Assembly: GCF_032444005.1 (NCBI RefSeq)
Contig: NC_091291.1
Coordinates: 131,254,001-131,318,000 of the forward strand
Length of the DNA stretch: 64,000 bases
Direction: 5' to 3'
Source of the DNA: Ranitomeya imitator
Lineage: Eukaryota
The notes beneath the pieces were generated by a model. The model searched no databases and had not been told where the DNA came from. It worked only from the letters and a program-made list of their open reading frames with translations. Both the position numbers and the translations under genes were made by a program. The stretch's first letter is position 1. Every line of letters begins with the position of its first letter. This document shows, one piece after another, positions 46,501-59,526 of this stretch.

Positions 46501-48663
46501 ATTAATTGTCTTATAGACCGCCATAGAAAGATCCGTACAGCACTTGTCTATGTCTTGCAGTCCCATATAGAATGAGTAAAATAGTAATGCACTTCAGAGT
46601 CCTACTTGTGGGATCGGTAAAGGGTCCAAGAAATCGACAAGTAATCGCCTATTCTTTGGATTGTTGATAACATGCTGAGATATTACTAACGCTATTAAGA
46701 TATGTTTATTATGACTGTATACACTAAAATGCAAAATAAGAACTTCTTTCTATCTTTAGATCTCCTCAGTGTCTATGTCTATTGTTTTTTTTCAGGATCC
46801 CAAGCTGAGATCAGCTCTGACCAGATAACCGATGCTTTCTGGGATTACTTTACCCAACTGTCCACAGATACAAAGGATAAAGTGGGGCAAATCCAGCAAT
46901 CGGACATCACCAAACAGCTGAAGTAAGTGAGCAGTGCCGGAGCTTGTCTAGTCCCTATGAATTTAGATTACTATAAGGAACAATATTAAAGAGGTTGACC
47001 AACTAGAAGAATAGAGATCCGTTTCACATTTAGCTATATGCAATTATTTTTATCATACAAGTTCCACCATTGTCCTGGTCTTGGAAATGCTCCTGGGTCT
47101 CGACAGCTCCACTTCTACGTTGGGTTTGAAACAGGATTGTTTTCTATGTTGGCATGTTATGTCTAAGAATTGGGGTGACTGGCTTTCAATTCAGTAGCTA
47201 ATTCAGCCTTCTTCTCAATCTGTTCATCAGCCATGAAGGAGAAGGTTGCTAGATTATATATTAGAATGATCAGTCAGCCATCCGTCCCTCTTCATACACA
47301 TGACTGGTCACATGACAACTCAAGAAGTTCTACTCTTGTTGAACCCCATGCGGAAGTAAAGTTTGAGGCCCTTGACTGGTGAAGATAATGGGACATTAGA
47401 AGATAAATTGCAAGCATTTCAATATTGAACATTTTTAAATATTTTTTTTTCTACTTAAACAACCCCTTTAAAAGGGGTTGTCTCATGAACAGTAGACCAC
47501 CTGTTAAACAATAGAAGAAGATCTGGTGATCATCCGTTGGTCTAGATTCAGAAATCCCCACCAATTGTTTATTATTACGGCAATGTGTATCTGACCATAC
47601 ATGTAGTCTCACATGTAACATGTTAGTCATCGGGAAAGGATTGGACTGAGGTCATCTCCTTATGGTAAAAAACTTGGAATCACTACTGATATTGACTGCT
47701 TTTTGTAGTAATTAAGTCCTTTTGTTTCTTGGCAGTGATCTAATTGAAGAAAACCTGAAGAGCGTCAATCTTTATGCCGGGGAACTCCAGCAACAGATCA
47801 TTCCCTTTGCAAAGCAGATACATGAGCAACTAACTCAAGATTCTGAAAAATTGAGGGAGCAAATAAGACAGGAACTGGAAAGGCTGAAGGTCAAGTTGTC
47901 TCCTTATGCTGATGAGGTGCACAAGCAACTAAGCAGAAACGTAGAGGAGCTTCAGATAAAACTGGCACCATATGCAGAAAAGCTACGGACACAGCTGGAT
48001 AAAAACACTCAGATCGTAAGTGAGCGGCTAAAGTCTGTAACAAAGGATCTGGAAGCCAAGATCAGAGAAAATTCTGACCGTGTTCAGGATTCACTGACCC
48101 CATATTCTCAAGAGCTCAAGGCTACGATAGACAACAATGTGGAACAGCTGAGGAAGCAACTGAAGCCCATCACTGGAAAAGTGAAAGAAAATATCGACCA
48201 ACAACTCCAAGAACTATATAAAAGCCTAACACCCTACGCTGAAGACGTGCAAGATGAACTGCGCAAGCAGATTCAGAACATGGAGTTTCAGATGAGGAAG
48301 AATGTTGAGCAAATGGAGAGCAAAATGTTGGACTTCACCGGGCAGCTGAGAGAGCAACTCTACCCCTATGCCAATGAGCTGAGGAGCAAGCTGAATGGAG
48401 ATATGACAAACGTCAAGCAGATGTTAGAGCCATACCTGACCGAGATGAACCAGAAGATGGACCAGAAGGTAGTAGAGTTCAAAGACACAATGACCCCTTT
48501 TGTTGATGATCTCAACAAAGCACTTGTACAAAGAGTGGAGGACATGAAACAGAAGCTGGGAGAATACACCGTGAGTGTACAGGACCAAGTGGAGTATCTG
48601 GAGAAAGATGTCCGAGACAAGATCCAAAATTTTATCAACAAGGGAGTTTCCACCGAAAATTAG
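43595..48663 (+). CDS. apoa4: Apolipoprotein A-IV (367 aa, 3 coding exons)
   Basis: Exons 43595-43643 (MLARVAVVALVLCTIT), 46796-46922 (GSQAEISSDQITDAFWDYFTQLS...ITKQL) and 47736-48663 (long run of 22-aa P-Y/F-A repeats). GT-AG, phases 1 and 2. AATAAA at 48950-48955. Confidence 0.93.
44944..46064. repeat. 160-bp hAT MITE whose right end plus TSD is amplified as about 16 tandem 65-bp units (apoA-IV intron)
   Basis: MITE 44944-45103 with TSD CTGTAGAG / CTGTAGAA; units start 65 bp apart (45121, 45186, 45251...). Confidence 0.85.
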
Positions 48664-51600
48664 ATGCTATTTCATTGACTTTTTGCCAACTGAACAACGT
48701 CGCACTAACACATAGGACATTGGCTTACAAGCTTAAAGCAATTATATTCTGCTTTCACTATCGTTATTGAGCTAGCCCTCACCGTCCTAAATTCATAACA
48801 TACTTTGTTTCAAAGTGCGTGTAAAATGTATGGATTTCTAAGTATTACGACCAATAACTTTGCTGACTCCCAATACGGTGTTGCATTATCCGATGTCTGT
48901 TTTTTTTGTCCTTTAATGTTTTCAGTATTTTTTATTTTTACTTCTGGTAAATAAAATGCAACAGAGCAATGCACAAAGCGTTTATGTCAATGATTCGGAA
49001 TAAAAGTTCTCACCAGGGTTCAGAATTCTATTATTCTGTTCCGTATTAGTAGCAGAATAATGGAACTCGTGGTAGGGAATGATGCAAGACGGAGGAAATG
49101 AAGTGGAACGGCACATCCACTGGGTCAAACAAAAAAATCTTTAATAGAAACATCTTTAAAACAAAAGGATCCATCCAAAAAACATGTTAAAAAAACTGAT
49201 GCGTTTCTGGCACAATAAATGCCCTTAGTAATACTTACTATGATGTTTCAAGAAAGATTCCGATTTTACCCGGTGGATGTGCCTTACCACTTCTTTTCCT
49301 ATGCGTGTTTGCTGTGCTTCACCAGCGGGATCTGGCATCTACCGGCTTCGTATCTTCAAACAAGCATGGTGAGCTCTCAGTTCTTGGTTTCTCATCTCAC
49401 ACGTGATGCAAAACGGACCCCATCAACCTAAATAGAGTCCACCAGGCTTCTGTTAAGGTGGCCATCAATTTACTTCGTTCATTCTAAAGCAGAAGGTCTC
49501 ACAAGTCCAACAATCATGGTCCAAGTACAAACAACGTTGTACGGACTGGCCACAGATCTCCCCACCCAAATTCAGTAGTCTCATAAACATGTGAGGCTAT
49601 TAATTTCAGGTAATGAGACCAGACACCAGTCCAGACATCGGAATTGGTACTTGAAAGGTGAATGCCTGTGATGTGAAACCACCTGTACGGTCATTAAACA
49701 TCTCAAAATATCCAAAGATGAGCAACCATATATTAGGATACAACCACACATGAGTTTTAGGGTTTGTTTCTGTACTATTCTTACACCTTTCTGGACTATA
49801 ATAGTACATAGGGGTGTACGGGTCCTTCAGGTGTACTATTACAGCTCGGTGATGTTGTAGGCACTGTACTATGCCCATGCCACCAGTGGTGAACATCAAA
49901 TATTCTTGCATTGTAACGGCTGAACTTGGCGATAATTTTGATTCCAATTGTTTGACTGTTTAGATGCAATGAAAAAGCCTAAGATAGAAAATAAGTGAAC
50001 ATATACCCTGCTGTAAGTAAGTGCGATAGAGTACATAGTAAACACCTTTTTTGATCAAAAGAAGCATAAAAGCCATCCCACCAGCGACAAGGTGTACTCA
50101 TATCGGGTCGGTCCTATCCTCTTGTATTAAAACCTTACCACGTGTCAAAATGACATCAATGTGAATAAGGACCGAGCAGGACCCGTCCGGAACATGGACA
50201 CCCAGCCATTGGGCACTATGTAAAAATAATGACTAGCTAAAAAAAGGAGGTCACACCCTTACCTGCACTGAGTGCAGAAACCTGAAAATCACCCAAAAAA
50301 TTCAACTGGAGTATAAGTTGGTGCAAAATATAGGAGCATGTTCACACGGGTCAGTAAACAGACAAAACCTATTATAGAAACAAAATGAACATATTTTGTC
50401 CTGATTTGGGTCACCTTGATGCTGGGGGGATGACTTTTATGATTTTTTTTCATCAAAAACGGTGTTTGCTAAGTACCCTATGTAATTTATATTCCATTTT
50501 GATGCTACTTATTTTATTTACAGCAGGGTATATGTTCATTTAGTTTTATCTTAGGTTTTGTCTGTTTATTGGGCAGTGTGAACAAGCTCCTATATTTTGC
50601 ATGCATACCACATTATACTCCTGTTTTTTTTTTTCTGTTTAAATGTATTGGCCAATAACAACTTAAAAAAACCAATGGAATGTATATCTGTGCCGTAATA
50701 GGTGACGTTCTTAAGGGGGTTGTTCATGATTGGAACAAAACATGGCTGTCTTCTTCCAAAAACAGTGACACATGTCGGTACAGGTTGTGTGTTGTAACTG
50801 AGCTTTGCATCAATGGAGAACTGCAATATTAGACAAAACGTATACATGGGGGAGAAGCTGTTTTTGGAAAAAAAACAGTCATGTATTTCTAATTGTGGAA
50901 ACCCCTTTAAGGGCTTAAAGTCAACGTCTGTATATGGAAATGGTCATACAGTTTATGCATAGAATGATTCTACATGGAAAAAGTTATCTTGTAAATATAT
51001 TGCTTTCACCGAGTTATCATTTCTGGGATATTTAATGAATATAGAATCAGGGTCTGGAAGTCTGTGAATGGGGGTCAGAGGACCTTTATTCTCTCGATTG
51101 GCGATGGTCATGGAGGGGGATTATTCTTAGATGGAATTAGCCCAATAGGCCTCCTTCACGCGTCCATCTGGTATGTTTGTATGTTGTTCATTTTTATGGA
51201 CTGCATATACGGACATACGCACACCCATTGTGTTCAGTGGTGGTGCGCACATGTCACGTTTTTCACTCGGACCGCGCATCCATTTGTCAGTTTTATTTGT
51301 CCAGCACAAAGTGCATGCTGCGCACGTGCACACTGATGACACACGGATGACATTTGTGTGTCATCAGTGTAAAACGTACCTGTGCCTGGGAACAAGTGGT
51401 AAAGTTCATGCTGCTCCCTGGTGCCGGTAAGTGTCACATGGACGACACACAGGTGTAACACATGGACACACGTACACACTGCCAGCAAACACGGACACAC
51501 GGAGTGCACACGGACGTCACATACGCACACACGGATGGCACACTGACACAGACCACGGATCTCACCAGTACTGCTTGATCCCAGGCCCCCGTTAAGTATT

Positions 51601-52473
51601 ACACGGACGGCACAATGGACGCTCATTCATTAGAGGTTCGGACCTCTTTAAATACAGGATCGAGCAGCTGATTAGTCGAGTGTGTCATTTGATATACTCT
51701 GGTGAATCTGATTGGTCAGAGCCATGACTTTGGATTCCTTCAAACACAAAGTGAAAAAAGTCACAAAAATACAAATATTCTCCAAACCTAGCGGCCTGAC
51801 CCTAGAAAGCAGCACGTTATCCCCTATTGATTTATTTTACAATTCCCTACTATTCTTCCTATACAGCTAATTCCTTTATCTGTTTTAATTTTTGGTACCT
51901 TCTGTGAAGTTTCAATGGAGGAGAGACTAAATGAAACATCATAGGAGGATGGCCTCGTACTGACTTCTCTGCGGCATCTATCACCCCTCCTGAAACAGGA
52001 CATCATCAGGGGATGGAGCAGAGGTCACTTGCCACAACTTTGTCTCTGTCCTCCCCTGATGATGAGATGTTTCAGTAGCGATGATGGAGATGTGATCGCA
52101 ATTCTTGTTTCTGCTGCCACACTTACACCTCCGCTGCTGCATCTTCAGTTGCCAATTCTACAGTCACTACTTCTATCCCAGCTGCTGCATCTTCAGTCTC
52201 CACTTCTTCAGTCACTGTTTCTGCCTAGCCATCCATTTTCAGTCATCACTTCTTTCCCAGCCGCCTTATTCATTAAAATGAGATGTCATCAGGGGGTGGT
52301 GATAGGAGCAGGGTAAGTGAAAGCAGAAACACTCACTGATGATGATTAGTTTAAGGTTGACTGGTAGGAGAAGCTGTGGGGCAGCGCTGCAGTCACTTGC
52401 TCTTCTGCTATCACCCCCCACTGATGATGTCTCATTTCAGTGAATGAGCTGACAGAAGCAGTGACTGTGGCAG

Positions 52474-53470
52474 TGCAGCACCCCAGGTAGCTGGTTGCTG
52501 CAGTGATGTTGCCTTCCCTTTTGGGAGGGTGATGTCACGCTTGGTGGCAAGGGGGATTCTTTCTATCAGGTAAGGCACTTACATTCAAAACATCTGAATC
52601 TAGGCCAGGAGGGGAAGCTCTGAACTCAGATTCAGGGGAGCGTCCCTTAGCTATATGTATCCTGGTCTGGAGGAGGAGCCAGCGAATTGTACAGGAGTGA
52701 GGAGAGTGGAAGGACGTCTGGAGCAGACGTGGGGGCCGAGCAGCCACGAGGGAGCTGATACCCCAGGAAAGCAAAGCAGAAAGAGAGTTGAATTGTGAAG
52801 GAGCTTAGAGGGAAGATGGACAGTGGACTAAAGGACCCTAGGAGGGAAACAGCGGAAGGACACCCTTAGAGCAAGAGCGCAGAAGCCGGGTACCGGGAGC
52901 CCGAGGTCATGTTGTTCTCCAGGACGCGCGACAGAACCGGAGGGCATAGTACTATATGTCAATTGCCTGTAACAAGTCTGAGGTGAAGCAGTAACCCTAA
53001 GAGCCGCGTCATCTAAGAGATCCTATAAACAGGTTCAAACTGCCTATCGTACAGACATATGTCTTAGGACAGGAGAGAGGGGACCCTGTCAGCAAGCTTT
53101 AAGCCATCTGGCACAAGTAGGAAAGGCTTACGGACCTCATCTGAAGTGGGATCCCTTATTGCCTCCAAGCCGGCCTGACTACAACTACCCTACACCTGGT
53201 CCTCCACTTATTCGTCGGCATACACCATCTTTGCCACACACCTTGGGAGCCGTGGGGACCCCGCTTCACCATCTTGCTGCAACAACATGACCCCAGAGGA
53301 CCCCTTTAAGCAGCGTCAGTCCCTACTGACCGAATACCGCTGGTGGCATCACGAACAATATACATTACAAATTCCTTTAAAGACCTTTCACTTTAATTGG
53401 GCGCCCAGGGCCACGGACCGGGTCGCAGCCACAGTGACATCCCCTTTAAGACCGGACCCAGCGGCGGGGA
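52474..53470 (+). mobile_element. Truncated LTR related to the 17342 solo LTR
   Basis: Starts TGCAGCACCCCAG; shares AAGCAGCGTC...CTGAC...GAATACC...GGTGGC(G/A)TCACGAACA and GGGCCACGG(T/A)CCGGGTC with 17342-18510. Confidence 0.6.
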
Positions 53471-54059
53471 CAAAAGCTGTAGTCACGTCTCCAAGACCAG
53501 TCTCCAAGACCACTACTGAAATATGATGTCTTTTCTATACTGGAATCTGATCTTTCAGAGGGGCTCCTTGGTTGGGTCCATGGAGTGGCTGCTGGCTGAT
53601 AGAGCAGGCTGGCAGGAAGCCGAGTCAATACCATCAGGTCTAAGATCATAACAGAATCATCAGGCAAAAGAATAGACTAAATATGGGTAGAGATCAAAAA
53701 CAGGAGTCAACTCGTTAGGCAAGAGCAATGTAGGGAGCAGACCAAGGTTAGGTTAAATCTTATAACTGGCAATGGAGACAGGGATCTGGGAATATATATG
53801 ACGAGAGCCTTAACTAAGGCTCAGAGGAGAGAGGTATTGAGAACTTAGGATTTATCCCCAAAATTTCTTCCACAAGACTCAGAAATCAGAGTTGTTGCAC
53901 TGTTGCCTCATGTCACTCACGGTATAGGCGTGTCTCCATCTGGCGACAGAAGCAGCAGCAGAAGGAGGAGCGAGCACGGGGAGGAATGTGACAGAAACAT
54001 TGCACTTACTGAACTTAGGCCACACCTAAGTCTTATACTGACTATGTATCTAATGTATA

Positions 54060-55688
54060 TAGTTAGGTCCATATATATTTGGACAGAGACAACATTTTTC
54101 TAATTTTGGTTATAGACATTACCACAATGAATTTTAAACAAAACAATTCAGATGCAGTTGAAGTTCAGACTTTCAGCTTTCATTTGAGGGTGTCCACATT
54201 AAAATTGGATGAAAGGTTTAGGAGTTTCAGCTCCTTAACATGTGCCACCCTGTTTTTAAAGGGACCAGAAGTAATTGGACAGATTCAATAATTTTGAAAT
54301 AAAATGTTCATTTTTAGTACTTGGTTGAAAACCCTTTGTTGGCAATGACTGCCTGAAGTCTTGAGCTCATGGACATCACCAGACGCTGTGTTTCCTCCTT
54401 TTTGATGCTCGGCCAGGCCTTCACTGCGGTGGTTTTCAGGTGCTGTATGTTTGTGGGCCTTTCTGTCTGAAGTTTAGTCTTTAACAAGTGAAATGCAGCT
54501 CAATTGGGTTGAGATCAGGTGACTGACTTGGCCGTTCAAGAATATTCCACTTCTTTGCTTTAATAAACTCCTGGGTTGCTTTGGCTTTATGTTTTGGGTC
54601 ATTGTCCATCTGTAGTATGAAACGACGACCAATCAGTTTGGTTGCCTTTGGCCGGATCTGAGCACACAGTATGGCGGCTCTGAAGACCTCAGAATTCATT
54701 CGGCTGCTTCTGTCCTGTGTCACATCATCCATAAACACTAGTGACCCGGTGCCACTGGCAGCCATGCATGCCCGCGCCATCACACTGCCTCCGCCGTGTT
54801 TTACAGATGATGTGGTATGCTTTGGATCATGAGCTGTACCGCGCCTTCCCCATACTTTTCTCTTTCCATCATTCTGGTAGAGGTTGATCTTGGTTTCATC
54901 TGTCCAAAGAATGTTCTTCCAGAACTGTGCGGCTTTTTTAGATGTTTTTTAGCCTTTTTCTTCTTGATGCTTATGAGTGGCTGCACCGTGCAGTGAACCC
55001 TCTGTAGTTACTTTCATGCAGTCTTCTCTTTATGGTAGATTTGAATATTGATACGCCGACCTCCTGGAGAGTGTTGTTCACTTGGTCGGCTGTTGTGAAG
55101 GGGTTTCTCTTCACCATGGAGATTATTCTGCGATCATCCACCACTGTTGTCTTCCGTGGGCGCCCAGGTCTTTCTGCATTGATGAGTTCACCAGTGCTTT
55201 CTTTCTTTCTCAAGATGAACCAAACTGTAGATTCTGCCACTCCTAATATTGTAGCAATTTCTCAGGTTTTTTCTGTTTTGGCAGCTTAAGGATGGCTTGT
55301 GTCACCTGCACGGTGAGCTCCTGTGACCGCATGTTTACTTCACAGCAAAACCATCCAAATGCAGCACCACACCTCAAATCAACTCCAGGCCTTTTATCTG
55401 CTTAATTAAGAATGACATAACGAAGGGATTGCCCACACCTGTCCATGAAATAGCCTTGGAGTCAATTGTCCAATTACTTTTGGTCCCTCTAAAAACAGGG
55501 TGCCACATGTTAAGGAGCTGAAACTCCTAAACCCTTCATTCAATTTTAATGTGGATTCCCTCAAATGAAAGCTGAAAGTCTGAGCTCCAACTGCATCTGA
55601 ATTGTTTTGTTTAAAATTCATTGTGGTAATGTCTATAACCAAAATTAGAAAAATGTTGTCTCTGTCCAAATATATATGGACCTAACTG
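54060..55688 (-). mobile_element. Full-length Tc1 transposon (1.63 kb, long TIRs) with a frameshifted transposase
   Basis: About 210-bp inverted ends flanked by TA. Minus-strand pieces ERPGRPRKTT, GSLVFMDDV, LQMDNDPKH, PSQSPDLNPIE lie in different frames. Confidence 0.92.
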
Positions 55689-55694
55689 TATACA

Positions 55695-55737
<43 letters not shown>

Positions 55738-55738
<1 letters not shown>

Positions 55739-57304
55739 TCTGCTCAAAAAACTAAAGGGATCACTTAAACAACAGAATCCAGCTCCAAGTAAATCAAACT
55801 CCTGTGAAATCAAACTGTTCACTTAGGAAGCAACACTGATTGACTATCAATTTCACATGCGGTTGTGCAAATGGAATAGACAACAGATGGAAATTATTGG
55901 CAATTATCCAGACACCATCAGTAAAGGAGTGGTTCTGCAGGTGGGGGCCACTCACCACATCTCAGTACCAATGCTTTCTGGCTGACGTTTTGGTCACTTT
56001 TGAATGTTGGTTGTGCTTTCACACTCGTGGTAGCATGAGACGGACTCTACAACTCACACAAGTGGCTCAGGTACTGCAGCTCATCCAGGATGGCACATCA
56101 ATGCGAGCTGTGGCAAGAAGGTTTGCTGTGTCTGTCAGCGTAGTGTGCAGAGGCTGGAGGCGCTACGAGGAGACAGGCCAGTACACCAGAAAACGTGGAG
56201 GGGGCCATAGGAGGACAACAACTCAGCAGCAGGAGCGCTACCTCAGCCTTTGTGCAAGGAGGAACAGGAGGAGCACTGGCAGAGCCCTGCAAAATGACCT
56301 CCAGCAGGCCACAAACGTGCATGTGTCTGCACAAATGGTTAGAAACCGACTCCATGAGGATGGTCTGAGTGCCCGACGTCCACAGATGGGGGTTGTGCTC
56401 ACAGCCCAACACTGTGCAGGACGCTTGGCATTTGCCACATAGTAACATAGTAACATAGTTAGTAAGGCCGAAAAAAGACATTTGTCCATCCAGTTCAGCC
56501 TATATTCCATCATAATAAATCCCCAGATCTACGTCCACAGAACACCAGGTTTGGCAAATTCGCCACTGGCGCCTTGTATTCTTCACAGATGAAAGCAGGT
56601 TCACACTCAGCACATGTGACAGACGTGACAGAGTCTGGAGACGCCGTGGAGAGCGATCTGCTGCCTGCAACATCCTTCAGCATGACCAGTTTGGCAGTGG
56701 GTCAGTAATGGTGTGGGGTGGCATTTCTTTGGAGGGCCGCACAGCCCTCCATGTGCTCGCCAGAGGTAGCCTGACTGCCATTAGGTACCGAGATGAGATC
56801 CTCAGACCCCTTGTGACACCATATGCTGGGGCGGTTGGCCCTGGGTTCCTCCTAATGCAGGACAATGCCAGACCTCATGTGGCTGGAGTGTGTCAGCAGT
56901 TCCTGCAAGATGAAGGCAATGAAGCTATGGACTGGCCCGTCCGTTCCCCAGACCTGAATCTGATTGAACACATCTGGGACATCATGTCTCGCACCATCCA
57001 CCAATGTCACGTTGCACCACAGACTGTCCAGGAGTTGGCGGATGCTTTAGTCCAGGTCTGGGAGGAGATCCCTCAGAAGACCATCCGCTGCCTCATCAGG
57101 AGCATGCGCAGGCGTTGTAGGGAGATCATACAGGAACATGGAGGCCACACACACTACTGAGCATCATTTCCTTGTTTTGAGGCATTTCCACTGAAGTTGG
57201 ATCAGCCTGTAATTTGATTTTCCACTTTGATTTTGAGTATCATTCCAAAACCAGACCACCATTGTTGGTGTTATTTGAGTGTTCCCTTTATTTTTTGAGC
57301 AGTA
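55738..57304 (+). mobile_element. Full-length Tc1 transposon (DD34E) disrupted by a 100-bp CR1 tail
   Basis: TIRs CTCTGCTCAAAAAA..AAAGGGA / TCCCTTTATTTTTTGAGCAG next to (TA)n. ATG at 56035, stop at 57160; TDES, QDNA and IEH catalytic motifs. Confidence 0.92.
56437..56536 (-). mobile_element. 5'-truncated CR1 3' end
   Basis: Reverse complement of about 7033-7132 with 2 mismatches, including the (CTATGTTA)n tail. Confidence 0.9.
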
Positions 57305-57306
57305 TA

Positions 57307-57346
<40 letters not shown>

Positions 57347-58449
57347 TTTTTTTTTAAAAGGACAACTTGCGCCAAAAGGAAAATCTCTCTAAATACACAG
57401 TTTATCTAAGAATATAGACAGGATCAGATACAGTATATAAAGACATAAGACGGTCTGATGATCTGCTGCCGAGTTGTGCGCAAACGTAACATTAGCAGTT
57501 ATTTTTGTGACGTGTAAGTATTCACGATGGCAATGAATATACAAATCAATAATATTTGCGGGAGGGGTGATAGGACTACAGGATTACAGGTAAAAGTACA
57601 ACTAGTTGGAAGAAGTGAACCTGAGCAGGGTAAAGAGCAATTCTAGTCACAATTGACAACACATCATTTTTTGCTGCACTTGTCATGTGGACAATATTAC
57701 ATACAGACCTTACTACACAGCCACCTGCACAACCTGCTCTGCGTGTTCATATCGCTCTCTGTCAATAACTATTTGGATTTCTATGGATTGGAGAATTATA
57801 AGCATCGTGCTTCCATTTTTATCTCCGTTTTCCTCTTAATTGATCGGCAGCTCTGGGTTTTCAGGAGCCAATTAAGGTGGGAAGTTAAGCTCTGAGTACC
57901 AGTGCTTCGTTTGTACAGTCATTTTGTGCTAAAACACTGACTGGAGAAGAAACAAGACAACAAGTGTCACAACAGGGAAAATCCAGCATTACATGGTGGC
58001 CAATGTGTTCATCAAAATCCCACGGGCAACCATCCCTGAGATAAGCTTTGCTTCCCCAAATAACCAGAATTCAGCTTCCGTTTACTAGATTGTAAGTGTG
58101 AGATTGGCTGCTGGGATTTCACGCATTGGGAAGTGAAAGGTGCTAGGAAGAGGCATCCATGGGCCACTTTCCTGGTCTTGTGCATATCTGGCCAGTACTA
58201 TGCACCTATCCTACTAATTAAAGGGAATCTGTCTGTAGGATCACCCTTGCTGAACCGTCTGTATGGACAGGGCCGGCTCCAAGTTTTCGTGGGCCCTGGT
58301 GAAAGTCTCAGTGGCCCCTTTAACACATAGCACAATTAATGATGCACCGATACGGCAGAGAAATATAGGTGTAGTACAATGGCAAAGATTTCACTCCTTA
58401 AATTACGTGAGTGATATCTATTGTAAATTCTCCAATAGCTCAGAAACCG

Positions 58450-59491
58450 GACGGTATAGTCCTCCATACAGTATTAAGGGCACTACATAGTGCTCCATAC
58501 AGTATTATGAGCACCACATAGTCCTCCATACAGTATTATGAGCACCACATAGTCCTCCATACAGTATTATGAGCACCACATAGTTCTCCATACAGTATTA
58601 AGGGCACTACATAGTCCTCAATACAGTATTATGGGCATCACATAGTCCTCCATTCAGTATTATTGGTGCCACAGTCCTCCATACAGTATTATGGGCATTA
58701 CATAGTCCTCCATACAGTATTATGGGCATCACATAGTCCACCATACAGTTATATGGGCATCACATAGTCCTCCATTCAGTATTATTGGTACCACATACTC
58801 ATCTATACAGTATTATTGGCACTACATAGCCATCCATACAGTGTAATGGTCCCCATATATTGCTCCATACAAAATAATGATCCATTATAATGCTCCATAC
58901 AGAATAATAGACTCCATATAATTCCCCATACAGACTAATGGACTACATATAATATGGGCACCATATAATGCTCCATACAGTATAACGGTCCCCATATATT
59001 GCTCCATCTATATATATAAATGTCTAAGGGTTTTTCCGTCTGTCTGTCTTTCTGTCTGTCTGTCTTTCTGTCTGTCTGTCCTGGAAATCCCGCGTCTCTG
59101 ATTGGTCGAGGCCGCCAACGGGCACAGTATCGACGTAGAAATCCCGCGTCTCTGATTGGTCGGGCACAGCGACGATGCTGATTGGTTGAGGCCGCCAGGC
59201 CTCGACCAATCAGCAACGGGCACAGTGACGATGATGTCATAAAGGACGTAGACATCTCACGTTTCTGATTCAGCGACGGGCACAGTATTGACATAGATGT
59301 CATAATGGTTGCCATGGCGACGATGATGTCATAAAGGTTGCCTCGACCAATCAGCGACGGGCACAGTCTGCCGCGAATTCTGGAATCATCATTGTCCATA
59401 TACTACGGGGACATGCATATTCTAGAATACCCGATGCGTTAGAATCGGGCCCCAAACTAGTCTATATATATAATTGCCTAAGGGTTTTTCC

Positions 59492-59526
<35 letters not shown>

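Noticed and set aside
51173-51430. TFVCHQCKTYLC as a piggyBac C-terminal zinc ribbon
   Set aside because: No adjoining transposase sequence; it lies in low-complexity CACACGGA-type repeat sequence, so chance is likely.
57913-58098. AG...GT-bounded unique segment as a coding exon
   Set aside because: The frame translated hits a stop, and nothing resembles apolipoproteins; it could be regulatory but there is no direct evidence.
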